This document shows, one piece after another, positions 28,264 through 40,850 of a stretch of DNA of 64,000 bases. The notes under the pieces are model-generated. The model had not been told where the DNA came from, did no database searches, and saw nothing but the letters and a program-made list of their open reading frames with translations. Origin of the DNA: Bugula neritina. Its lineage: Eukaryota > Animalia > Bryozoa. The DNA is taken from positions 2,367,680 through 2,431,679 of the forward strand of contig OZ037767.1 in assembly GCA_964035545.1 (NCBI GenBank), given 5' to 3'. The stretch's first letter is position 1. Each line of letters begins with the position of its first letter. The translations under genes and the position numbers were made by a program.

Positions 28264-31200
28264 ATGGAGAACGAGGAAGAACAAGAGAATCTCCTTGGTT
28301 TGTATACACCTCCTGTATATCTATGCATTTCTAGTATATGTTGTGTTTAGAGCTTAGTAGAGAGGTTAGATATTGACCTCTAGGGGTCACTAGACAGCCA
28401 ACCACTGTAGCTACTGTACAGTATGTGACATACAGTGTGTGACATACAGTACGTGACATACAGTACGTGACATGTTGTCTGATAAGTGGGTAATTTACAG
28501 ATAGCAAAAAGTCAAATAATGTTTATAGATTAGAGTACCATGTTGTGTTGAACTGTTAACTTTGCTCTGCCCTATTTGATGTTGTTTTATTTTATTACTC
28601 TTTATCTAAACATGTTTCCCTGTTTGTAGCAATAATAATGGCAGTTGAAATGTTTCAGCTGTAGAAAGTTGATTAGCTTTCAAGGTTTCAAAGTTTAATT
28701 GCTTGTCATTTGAATTATTGGCAAATTTTCTTGCGTAGTGTAGGTTCATCATGTGAAATTTATCAGCTTTTATATTCTATTATGAATTTAACAACCACTT
28801 ACAATTCACGAGGGCTTTTGATTCTCACGCACAAATGAAAGAGCATTCGCTATATCAACATTGTGTTTTAATTATACATGTTGAACTTCCTGTTAGGTTT
28901 GCTTAGGGTGATCTTTTAGAGTTTTAATAATTTTGAGCTAATAAAATCTCGTTGGTAGTTTTCTTTGTTGGGTTCAAAGCCTTATATGTAGATGTGAAAG
29001 GTTAGAATTAGCTCTTGTCATCTCGTACCATTGATGTATACACTGTGCTGCATCTAGTATGGGTTATTTAGTCATGACAGAAACATTTTATATATGTTTA
29101 TTGATAGCATAATATAGCGTATGTACTATCTGCAGATGGAGAAGATTGCCTGGTTACTCACAACGACCATGACATTAGGGGAGGGGGCGTCAGACGGCTC
29201 TCCATAGACAAAGCCATTGAAACTGCAGGTAGACAGGCTACCTATCACACAGCATTGTTGTCTGTTTTACGGAGATGATTATCTGATTTGTCTTTTTTCT
29301 GTGATATAATCACTTCCCTAATCCAATAGACTTAGAACTACTGCAGTACGTCAGTTAGAACAGTGAATTAAATACTAATAGCACCTGCTAGTAGCACATG
29401 CTAGTAGCACATGCTAGTAGCACATGCTAGTAGCACATGCTAGTAGCACATGCTAGTAGCACATGCTAGTAGTACATGCTAGTAGCACATGCTAATAGCA
29501 CATGCTAGTAGCACATGCTAGTAGCACATGCTAGTAGCACATGCTAGTAGCACATGCTAGTAGCACATGCTAATAGTACATTCTAATAGCACCTGCTAGT
29601 AGCACATGCTAGTAGCACATGCTAATAGCACCTACTGAACTCTTTTAGAATGCAAGGAATAAAGTTCTTACAATTAGCACTCTGCTGAGTTCCTTTAGTA
29701 GTTGGCAATATATTATATTATATAGTATTATATTGTATTGTATTATTGTATTATATTATATTGTATAATATTATGTAGTATTATATTGTATTGTATTATT
29801 GTATTATATTATATTGCATCGTATTACATTACAAGTTCAAATGTTTGTAATTCTGATTAATGTGCTTTAATAAGATATAACGCATGTAAGTTATCATCTA
29901 ATTAAAAAGCACAGTTTAATGTTTATATTAGCTAATTCAAACCACCACCTATAAATAGGCAATATTTTTATCTTCTATGTTGTAAATCCTTACTAACACA
30001 GTATAGTCTGGTATATATGTCCCTTAGGTATTGTATAGTCTGGTATATCTGTCCCTCAGGTATTCTATAGTCTGGTATATCTGTCTCTCAGGTTTCGGCA
30101 GATTCCACATACTCATGGTCATTGTGATGGGCTGGGCCAACTCTGCTGACACCATCGAACTTCTCTCCATCTCCTTCGTTCTCCCTCAAGCATCCTGCGA
30201 ACTCCACGCCACTGACTTGGAACTCGGCTTTCTTACTGCTGTCGGCTTTGCAGGTGAGATTTGGCAGCAGGTGTTTATATATCACCCTGAGTTTTGAACA
30301 TCAGGTTATCTTTTATAACTATGATTACATTCAATATGTTGTCATGACTTTGGTTTGAGGAAAGCTGTTAGTGTTGAACCTTCTGCAATATGTTGATAGG
30401 CTGTAACTGTAGGTGAAGAAAGTTAAGTATTTCTGTGTAACTATTTCAGAAAGGTCATGGTTGGAGTAATCTTCTCTCTTTCCAGTAAACAGTTTCCCAT
30501 GTCTTTCTGCTAATATAAAATATTTTCTATTTTATATGAATAGAAAATTGCAATACATAAAATGTTGTTTCACTGATTCATAATATTAATGAAATATAAT
30601 TCATATATTTATCATTGTTGGGGCATTCGTTGCAAGAGCATGGAAAGCTTTTGTTATATTATTGCAGCTTTAAAATTGTAATTTCATAGCTATGTTAGCG
30701 ATCCTATGTTTTTTCTTTGTTGTGTTGTTTGCTTATGTACAGCTACACAGAGAGAAATATTAGTGATAGAGTGAACATTAGCTGACAACTAAAACCTCTC
30801 GTTTTTTGGCTCCTAAATTGACCAACAGTGAAAGGAATTAGTGTCCGGTACTGTTCACGGTGAATAGTATGTTAGATCAATGTTGATCTAAAGTGTTGTA
30901 AAGCTGATCCTTTGTACTCATCACAATGAGCCAAGTTATGTTCAATAGTGATCTTATATATGTTCAATGATGATCTTATTTATTTTCAATGCTGAACTAA
31001 TTTATATTGAATGCTAAACTTATAAATGTTCCGTGCTGCTCTAATGTATGTTTGAAATAAGATTCTGCAAAAATTATTACTGATCATCCTGAACTAACTT
31101 GTTATAACTTCAAATCAGTATGATAGTATAGTAATGTGGAGTTTTATTGTATATGATAGTTGAATATAAAAACGCAAAAAAAATTTCAAAGATTAAAATA

Positions 31201-34200
31201 AGAAAAAATAACATGAAAATAAACATTTGCAGAATTTTTCTACGACTGTAAATTCGGTTAACTTTTCTCAATATTAGCAGAACCTGCTAAGACCATATAG
31301 TGTGTGTCATTACATTCTTGCTCTGTAATGTAGCCATAACCAAGTAGCTGTCGTGTGTAATGGCTAGCACACCTGTGTACAAGTCCGAGGTCTGTGATAG
31401 GAACCCAAGTATGGGGAGGGGGAAGTTTTATAACTCATTTCAGCAGTTAGTTAAGTGTGGTAGTACTCCGAGAGGAGTTGAGTGGCCGGGAAAGCCCGAA
31501 AGAGTAGTATAAAAAGGGCAGCTGAGTTCTTGAGAACTGGGTGAGGTGTAGTCACGAGAGCACCCGTGAGACTTGTAATGTAGTGGTGAGTGCGTCTGCT
31601 TGTAGGTCTCTGCATGGTTCGAAGTTCTGTGTGGGTCAAATTCTTTTTTGTGCTCCTATTCAGTATCTCTAAGCGCATGTTCTTGAAAAATGTTATGGGA
31701 TCTACAACAAAAAATAAACCTTGTGTAGTATTTAAAATCACATTAGTATGAATATTAAAAATGTGGTTAACATATACAATCGCAAGCAACGTAAATAAAT
31801 TTGTGGAAGCTGAACTATGGCTAAAGCGGTTTAAGGTCAAAACTAACAGCATCAACAACGCTAGCCATGAATCTTTCAGCATAATTTCAGTGTCACCATA
31901 CCAATTGTTGGGCGCTGAAAAACTGTACAGGCTTTGGTAAAATTATCATCATTATGTTGCGTAGTGTTTGGGTTAGTTTGAGCTTATCAAAATTTACTAA
32001 CAATTTTGGCCGTCATTTTATTTTACTTCTTTTGTTAACTACAGATGCAAGAGCTGTTGGACAAAATTACTTTAGTTAAAAGAAGCTTCTTTGCATTAAA
32101 AATATTTCAAGATGTCAGAGAACCACAATTTAAGCTAGAGTCAGTATTTTATATGGGCCTCTTATATCTAAATAAATTTTCAGTATGTCTATAAACTGAA
32201 AAACAAATACAGTACTACCAAGAAAATATTGCTACTTAAACATCTTTTTCTATTTCAGTATTTAATTGTGCTGTGCAAAGATAAATAAGAAAATAAACTG
32301 GCGGTACGGAAGTTAATAAAATGTTCTTGTATTTATCAACTTTGCCAACTCACCACTAAATTTGTCGTTTTGGTACTTAGCTATAAAGTATAAAACAAGA
32401 AGTTAGCTTGGCAGCTGCTTAAGGCCGATAACTACTTGTAGGCTGCTACACTGCATTATTAGCAATACTTCTACAACCGAGGGAAATTCAAATTAGTGAA
32501 TTTGGCACAAATTGCTAGAAGATGACGTTGAAATAAAACACCAAACTTTTTAGAAATATATGGTTACAGGAACAGGTGTATTAAATTGATATAGGAATAG
32601 AGTAGTTTGGGAAATATTAGTCAATGTGGTCTCTTAAAATTTATAGTTGCACAAATTTAATTATCTGTCTATAGCAATAGTCATACTCATATAGCTATTT
32701 TAGCTACCATAAAAAGTTATTTTTTAGACTATTATAAACCCAGCACTTCCTATTATTCTTTTTCATTCAGTCTTTGGAAATGCACGTCTTTATTAAAACG
32801 CAACAATAATATAATATAATATAATATAGTATAATATAATATAATATAGTATAATATAATATAGTATAATATAATATAATATAGTATAATATAATATAGT
32901 ATAATATAATATAATATAGTATAATATAATATAGTATAATATAATATAATATAGTATAATATAATATAGTATAATATAATATAATATAGTATAATATAAT
33001 ATAGTATAATATAATATAATATAATATAATATAGGTTTAGATACAGGTAATGGCGTATTTCACAGAGCATTTGCATTGTTTTTCACTTTTTTCAATTTCT
33101 TATTTGTGATTTAGTTCCTCATGCTGCCTCTTTATTTCCTTACGCTGCCTTTTTTGCAGGGATGATAATTGGTGCCTACTTTTGGGGGACATTTGCAGAC
33201 ATCAAGGGGCGGATCAAGGCTCTGCTGCTGTGTCAGCTGGTCAACGCTATCTTCATAGTTCTCAGTTCTGTCAGCCAAAATCTCCCCTTCCTGATATGTA
33301 TGAGACTGTTTAGTGGCTTTGGGTGAGTTCTCAGACTATATACTCAGACTATATACTCAGACTATATACTCAGACTATGTACTCAGACTATGTACTCAGA
33401 CTATGTACTCAGACTATATACTCAGACTATATACTCAGACTATATACTCAGACTATATACTCAGACTATATACTCAGACTATATACTCAGACTATATACT
33501 CAGACTATATACTCAGACTATATACTCAGACTATACACTCAGACTATATACTCAGACTATATACTCCAGACTATGTACTCAGACTATGTACTCAGACTAT
33601 ATACTCAGACTATATACTCAGACTATATACTCGGACTATATACTCAGACTATATACTCAGACTATACACTCAGACTATACACTCAGACTATATACTCAGA
33701 CTATATACTCAGACTATATACTCAGACTATGTACTCAGACTATGTACTCAGACTATGTACTCAGACTATATACTCAGACTATATACTCAGACTATATACT
33801 CAGACTATATACTCAGACTATATACTCAGACTATATACTCAGACTATATACTCAGACTATATACTCAGACTATACACTCAGACTATATACTCAGACTATA
33901 TACTCCAGACTATGTACTCAGACTATGTACTCAGACTATATACTCAGACTATATACTCAGACTATATACTCGGACTATATACTCAGACTATATACTCAGA
34001 CTATACACTCAGACTATACACTCAGACTATATACTCAGACTATACACTCAGACTATATACTCAGACTATGTACTCAGACTATGTACTCAGACTATATACT
34101 CAGACTATATACTCAGACTATGTACTCAGACTATATACTCAGACTATGTACTCAGACTATACACTCAGACTATATACTCAGACTATATACTCAGACTATA

Positions 34201-37200
34201 TACTCAGACTATATACTCAGACTATATACTCAGACTATATACTCAGACTATCCCTGCAGTCATCAATAGCTCATTTTCACAACACAATGCTGAAGTTTAT
34301 ATTTATCAGTAGCTCAATATTCTCTCTTCATGTTTTACGATGAATGTCTTTTAGTGGTTAGAATTAAAGAGTTGTCTTTCCTTGAAACTCAATGTTGATT
34401 TAGGACTGAAGAAGTTTCAAACAATCCAAGTTGAGCAAAGTTTTGTTCACTCTACTGATTTGGCGTATTGTGTAGCCTTGTTTCTTACACTTGTACAGGG
34501 TGGGTGGGACAGCACCCCTTATCTTTGTGTACGTAGTGGAGATACTCCCAGCTAAGCATAGAGGTAAAATGACTGCTGTGCTCTCCTTCTGCTTCATGGT
34601 TGGTCAAGTTCTCGTCGCAGGTCAGTATTCTGTCAGTGAAGTGAATAAATTTAAATTAAAATTGGATGCAAACTATAAGTTATAAAATGTTTTATACTTG
34701 AAATTCTCGCTCAGTGGTTTACTGTGCCCTGTGCTCAATCTCCTTGCCTAGTCATAGGAACAAAAACTCTAAAATCATGTTTTATAAAACAGCATTGGAG
34801 TTGTGTGATCGTGATTCGGTTGAGGTAATTTGTAATCCAGGCTTTAATATGAATAGGTTTTCTTGCTTAAACTATTTTGAACCAGTCGGCTCATTAACAT
34901 TGCAAAGCAGTATCGAAATGTGTGTAATTATTTTAACTATTATTGCTTTTGTGTGTTTTAATTAATGTTACAGGTTAATATCTCTCCTAAGATGTGCAGT
35001 AAATGCAACTGGAATGCAAACTCTTGTATATTTGCACCAAATTTTTCTAATGAAATAAGATTCAAATGTTAGTATCTAATGTGGTGTAGAGCCTGCTGTG
35101 TGCACTCTAAGCTATTCATCTGTTATAACGAGACTATTTAATGAAATATATTTTTATTTCCTTTTCTAATCCCTTCTGTGTGTACAGGTTTGGCCTGGCT
35201 TATTCTGCCCCGCACAGAGTGGACCTGGACCACCAGCACTGGCTTCACTTACAACAGCTGGAGAATATTTATGTTACTCTCCTCTTTGCCTGTTATTTCT
35301 TCTTTTTTTATGTTCTTCTCTTTTCCGGAGAGTCCTCGTCACCTTATACAGGTAAGTGTCATATTATACAGGTAAGTGTCATATTATACAGGTAAGTGTC
35401 ATATTATACAGTTAAGTGTCATACTATACAGGTAAGTGTCATACTATACAGTTAAGTGTCATACTATACAGGTGAGTGTCATATTATACAGGTAGGTGTC
35501 ATATTATACAGGTAGGTGTCATACTATACAGGTAAGTGTCATACTATGCAGGTGAGTGTCATATTATACAGGTAGGTGTCATACTATACAAGTAAGTGTC
35601 ATACTATACAGGTAATTGTTTTCATACCTGTGACTTATAGTTAGTCACTTGTGGTAAACAGCATGAATCTATTTTACAGGTTGGTCGTGTAGAAGATGCA
35701 AAAGCTGTGATAAAAAGAATATATGAAAAAAATGGAAATGCTAGACCCTACGATGTAAGATAATAAAAATTCTGTCAGCTGTACGAGTAGATAGAAGTTT
35801 CTATCTGGACAATGATTGGTTCATTAAGGCAGCGTTTCCAAACAATTAGTGTTATATCGGTAGAGTAAAGCAATAACAGGGTGGAGGGTAGAATTATTGA
35901 ACTTTTATTGGAGTTGTTTTCTCTTCAGAAATCAAGTTCGTGTATATTTAATCTGTCTTCACAAGTATACAAAGTAGTTAATAGAGCGGAAATATCTGTT
36001 GTCATTCTGTTACATGCCTGTTGCATATAAGTGTTTGGATAACTGTTTTATTTTTCATTCATGTTCAGTTATAATTATGTCATGACTGGCTGTTACCTTC
36101 TAAAGTAACTTTCTGAACATTAGGTCAGTCTTTGAAAGCAAGCAAATCCGATCATCTTAAAAAAGGCAAACATAGTTTTGTGACAATATTTTGGGCAGTT
36201 TGTCGTATTTCGTTGTAGTGCATCAATTAATGGCGGATATTTTTGTTTTGTTCCAGGAAAATTATATCATCACTCACCAAAGGCGATCTAATAGCAGGGG
36301 GAGTATGAAGAAAATTCTGTCGGAAGTAAGTGTTAAACTGTAGGACCTCTTTTTATCTCTGCGTCCAAAAAATTCAGCAATTTAGTGAGTTGTTTTTTCT
36401 AAAAACTTTAAAATTGATGAACTGAATATTAATGTTGAAACTGGGGTGAGAAATAAATAGTGTGTGGAAATAGATTTTTTCAACTTTTATTTAAAAGCAA
36501 AATTTTTCATCAGAAATAAAAGATTAGGTTCCACCGAGATTTGAACTCGGATCGCTGGATTCAAAGTCCAGAGTGCTAACCATTACACCATGGAACCCTT
36601 GCTGAGTGGTAAAAGTTTCAGATTGAGAATACGAAAGTTTATTACCTGCAGTATAATTTATGGTAATTTAAAAATTCTATATGTATAGGTATCAAACAAC
36701 TGAACAATTTACTTTCTTTTCCTTTAAAATGTTAAAGTTGATAACTTTAGTAGAAATATTAAAATTTTTAACTTGTAGAGAAGAGTAAAAAATGAGCAGT
36801 TAGTGAAAAAAAGGTTTTTTATTCTTTTTCAAAAACAGTTGTTAAAAAAATAAAAGTTTAGGTTCCACCGAGATTTGAACTCGGATCGCTGGATTCAAAG
36901 TCCAGAGTGCTAACCATTACACCATGGAACCCTTGCTGACAGGTAAAAGTTGCAAGTTGAGAATACGAGAATGTATCATCTTCTGCATAATTTATGGTAA
37001 TTTAAAAATTTCAGGTATAGGTGTTGCCCCTTTTGTAGAATATTGTAATAAATTAAGGTGTGGGGAGTGTAGTTGTTTCATGTGTCTAGTTTGACATTGA
37101 TGGATAGCTGTCATAAATAATTAGTTTCACTTTGAAATATTTCTTCTTTAGAAACACATTTCTATGCTGTTCTATACTTCTTCAAATATTTCATAAAACA

Positions 37201-39570
37201 ATAAAGCCAGGTAGACTGTCTTCACACAAATATTTGATAATTTACTGAATAATCAATCTAAGTATTTGCTGAAATATTTTCTACAAAATATGTAAAAGAT
37301 TTCAAGCTATTTATTGTGTTTTAATAGAGATGTGTATTGATCACCAATGACTGAACAAATGACCTGAAGTACTGGGTTTATATAATAGTCTGAAAGTTAG
37401 CTTTTTTATAGCCAAAATAGCTGTGTGTAAGCTGTGCCATACAAAATACAGAAAAGCATACAATATATCTAACATAGCCATAAAGCTCCAAATAAAGCGT
37501 TAATGATGTGTGCTTCTTGTTTACATGTTAGCATAATGTAACAAAAGCTTTCAATGCTCATGGAATGTCTCAATACTATTTTTACTATTAAGCCAAAGCT
37601 ACAGTGAGCTGATCATAACTTGTTATTTATAAACACCCAATTTTTTTGTTATCGGCTAGGTAGTAGGTTTACTGTGTATTTGTACCCTGTGCATTTTTCT
37701 AGAAAATATAGACTGTACATCTATTCCAGGTGGGTAGAAACACTGTAGCCCTTGTGACCCGGCCCAAAATCAGGTTCAGATTTCTGATCAGCAGTATCGT
37801 ACTTTTCTGCCTGTCGTTCAGGTGAGTTTGTTTACAAGTAGTTTCCATGGAAACACAAGTCTGAGGTTCGGGGTAGTCTAAAATAATGGAGGAAGAAAAA
37901 CAAGTGAATGTTGTTTTATTAACACTAAATTCTTGAATTCTTAGAGATTTTTGTGCTTTGTTGATATGAAAACAAGTATTTCATTTGCTTAAATAATTAT
38001 ATAATCCTGTCTTCTATGTTTTGGAACTGTTCACTAGGACTTGGTACAATTTGCGACTTGTGTTTCTTCTTGAGGTAAATTTTAGTATAATAATATAATA
38101 TAATAATTATATAACAACAATATAGTAATAATGTGATAATACCATAATAAAATAATTGTGTTATAATACTATAATGAATGATACATATATGACCAAATAT
38201 CATATAATATTACATTGTAGCCTAATTTTGTCAACGAGTACATATAAATATGCTTATATTTCTTGAAGATAGCTCTTACAGCTTTCTGTTATCCAGTGTT
38301 TGTTGGTTCATTAGATTCCCAAGTCTACCACTATATGGTTGGTTAGCAGATGTAGCATTTATAATATAGAGTAATATTAAGGCGTAGTTTGTCCTGACGA
38401 CACATTAATATTATAGCTTCAGCACCATTTGTCACTTTGTGTTCAGTTACTACGGGCTGACTATGTGGTTCCCCATGCTGCTGGAGCGTATGGAGGCCAG
38501 TCAAGGCACGTCGGTGTGTGACGATAAGCTACCCGCTGCCAATACGTCCAAATGTGACGGGGATCTCAGTGACAACGCTGTCTACTTTGACACATTCCTA
38601 CAAGCTGTGTCCAGTTTCCCTGGCAACGTGCTGTATCTTCTCTTGGTTGATGTGGCTGGTAGAAAGTTGTTAACTGGTAAGTGATTTGCTAAAACTGTAA
38701 AAAGATCATAAAAATATGAATATAGGCAACGCCTGTGTTTTTATTTAGTTTTTTGGGTGTGACAATTCTAAACGCAATAACTGAGCTATAAACTGATATG
38801 TCCAATATTGTATTTGATACAAATTTTTGTGTGATATATTGTGTGTAATATTCTTCTTTTTTTTTATTATGTTATATAATGCTAGGATATAATATATTAT
38901 AACATTTTACCATGTACTATAATATATTTTGTGATAGTTTATTGTATTTTGTGACGGTGCATTATATTACATTATATGCTATTACATTACATATTACATA
39001 ATGATATATTATTTTATATGCCACTAAATTATATAATATATTACGTTATATGTTAGTATGATGTATTATAATGGTGTGTTGCAGGTGTCAGCATGATACT
39101 GACTGGTATCAGCGTGTTCTTCATATGGTTTGTCTCTAGTCACACAGGCAGCATTGTGCTGTCGTGTGTGTTCGCTGGGATATCCGTCGTCTCGTGGAAT
39201 GCCACCAGCCTGCTGACTACGGAGATATTTCCTACAGAACTCAGGTGAAGACTTGAGTAGTGACTCTGTTTAGACTTGACTAGTGACTCGGTAGAGACTT
39301 GACTAGTGACTATATAAAATTAGCCAGTTTCTCTGTATGTATAGATATGGTTCCTCCCCTAATTTCAGTTATTTCTATTGCAGATCCACAGCTAAAGGTG
39401 TCCAAGGAGCATTGGCAAACAGAGTAGCCTCAGTCCTAGCCACGTTAGTGTTTGGAGCCTTAGTATCCACTTACTGTGCTGTGCCCATACTTCTTATGAG
39501 TTGTCTTCTCATATCCGGTGGTATCATAACTTATAAACTCCCCAACACTGCCAATGCATCTATAGGATAA
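28264..39570 (+). CDS. SV2/SVOP-like MFS transporter, paralog A, 12 exons
   Basis: Exons 28264-28297, 29136-29228, 30092-30253, 33160-33322, 34499-34620, 35188-35351, 35680-35754, 36257-36325, 37730-37821, 38447-38676, 39085-39244, 39384-39570 join in frame. Motifs AIETAGFGRFH, WANSADTIE, WGTFADIKGR, EILPAKHRG, SWRIF, PESPRHL, FSYYGLTMWFP, EIFPTELRSTA. Confidence 0.9.
28417..28472 (+). repeat. 14-bp tandem repeat (TACAGTAYGTGACA) x4
   Basis: Read directly; in intron 1 of paralog A. Confidence 0.9.
29377..29634 (+). repeat. 13-bp minisatellite (TAGTAGCACATGC) x ~20
   Basis: Read directly; intronic, about 150 nt from the donor. Confidence 0.95.
30001..30093 (+). repeat. 32-bp tandem triplication of a splice acceptor
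   Basis: TATAGTCTGGTATATCTGTCCCTCAG|GT units with AG|GT at 30027, 30059, 30091; only the last is in frame with the exon. Confidence 0.9.
31456..31742 (+). mobile_element. Probable solo LTR
   Basis: GC-richer island bounded by TGTGG...TCACA, internal TATAAAAAG and AATAAA near the 3' end, flanks TAAG/TTAG (one-mismatch 4-bp TSD). Confidence 0.5.
32804..33032. repeat. (ATAAT/ATAGT)n pentanucleotide satellite
   Basis: Read directly; similar degenerate tracts near 4760-4905, 13140-13235, 29710-29820, 42495-42600. Confidence 0.95.
33330..34251 (+). repeat. 13-bp minisatellite (TCAGACTATATAC) x ~71 with a 339-bp higher-order duplication
   Basis: Starts 7 nt after the donor at 33323; rare variants TACTCCAGAC and TCGGAC each recur 339 bp apart. 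Confidence 0.97.
35344..35616 (+). repeat. 20-bp repeat (TTATACAG|GTAAGTGTCATA) x14 copying a splice donor
   Basis: The first unit is the real exon end and donor at 35351/2. Confidence 0.97.
36526..36597 (-). tRNA. tRNA-Gln (TTG)
   Basis: Identical to the copies at 2.5-4.3 kb; in intron 36326-37729 of paralog A. Confidence 0.97.
36860..36931 (-). tRNA. tRNA-Gln (TTG)
   Basis: Identical copy; upstream flank 36932-37196 is the reverse complement of about 3502-3766. Confidence 0.97.
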
Positions 39571-40850
39571 CCAGGCCTCACTCTTAGTTTATTTAGTTCT
39601 GTTCTCTCAACTGTTAGATCTATGTCAACTTGTTCGTATGTTTGTTGATGCTAAATCTTGTCAAATGATCTTCTCTATTTTCGGAATTCTCAAATCCGGC
39701 AACTCCTAGTATTAATTTATGTCAATTAGCTATATTTTTCATAGCAAATTAGTTCAATGAAATATTTTATTTTACTTGTAAGCATTAGCTGACATCCGTA
39801 TTCTATATCATTTTGTGCAGCTCAGTGATAGCCAAGATCCTAGACATTATTTATTCACTTGGATCATCTAATATGTTGATACTGCAAGGTCTAACACTAC
39901 AGTATCAACATAAATATTACTTTCAACTATATAATGTATAATTTGCTCAACTACCATAGATTGTTGTTTACAGTTATATATATACTAGTTTTATAGTTTA
40001 TAAATATGTTACATACTATATTTTACAGTTATATTTAAAAATATAAATTATTTTGCATAATTGCAGCATCTTTGACCTTTATAGACACCAGGTCGAGCGG
40101 AATATAAATAAATCAAGATTACAAAATATATTTTGTGTTATCAGATTCTAAAAATCTTTAAATCAATGGAGAGATTAGCAACAGTTTACAGAAATGAAGC
40201 CATCTTCTAAGTAGCCTGAAAGTTTAAACACAGATGGAAATGTTAACACAATGTGCATGTAAAAGTATGAAAAAGAACGGCTAAACATGCAAACACTGTT
40301 ATCTGACCAATGAAGTACTTTGATTAAATACTGCACAACTAAGCAGACGCAAGCCTTTCTTTGTTTGAGTTCAATTTAATGAAGTCACGTGTTAGTTGCA
40401 TTTTCAAGAATGTAGACCAATGATATTGCTACCCGCCATGATATTTTGTCAAATAGAAATACACAACTCCTTGAGCAATTTCATTATCAGACAAGATTCA
40501 AAATTCATGCATATTAGGTTCTACAACACTAAGTCAATTCTCATAACAAAAATAACTTCAGTGTATAAAATAATTTGCAAAAAAAATGTAATAAAATAGG
40601 AGATTATTACAAAATATTTGTCAAAACATAAAACATATAAAAAACATTAGAGTTAGCGGATTTTAGACTGGCAGTTGGAAGATTAGTGTATAAATAGACA
40701 ATCTTTTTTATCTTTTAATCGTTGCACAATTCATGGAAACAAAATATAAAAAATATTATACATAAAACCAGGTGTTTGATAAAATATAAAATTATAGAAA
40801 TGGCAAGTGAAAATACCTTCAAAAGGATAGACTTAGAACTTGAAAATTGC

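Noticed and set aside
29377-29634. 13-bp array as another splice-junction-seeded repeat
   Set aside because: Starts about 150 nt from the donor and contains no exon sequence; counted as a counter-example, together with 28417-28472 and 53618-53765.
31451-31882. 143-aa minus-strand ORF
   Set aside because: Overlaps the putative solo LTR; no recognisable protein motif.
32753-33076. YYIIL-repeat ORF (likewise 26200-26394, 51516-51952, 53606-53875)
   Set aside because: Translations of micro- or minisatellites.
33313-34343. Three overlapping ~320-aa ORFs
   Set aside because: Translation artefact of a stop-free 13-bp minisatellite inside an intron.
23640-35616. Repeat arrays as CRISPR, or the CHAT gene as a prokaryotic CRISPR-associated TPR-CHAT protease
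   Set aside because: The arrays are head-to-tail with no unique spacers, there are no cas genes, and the DNA is spliceosomal-intron eukaryotic.
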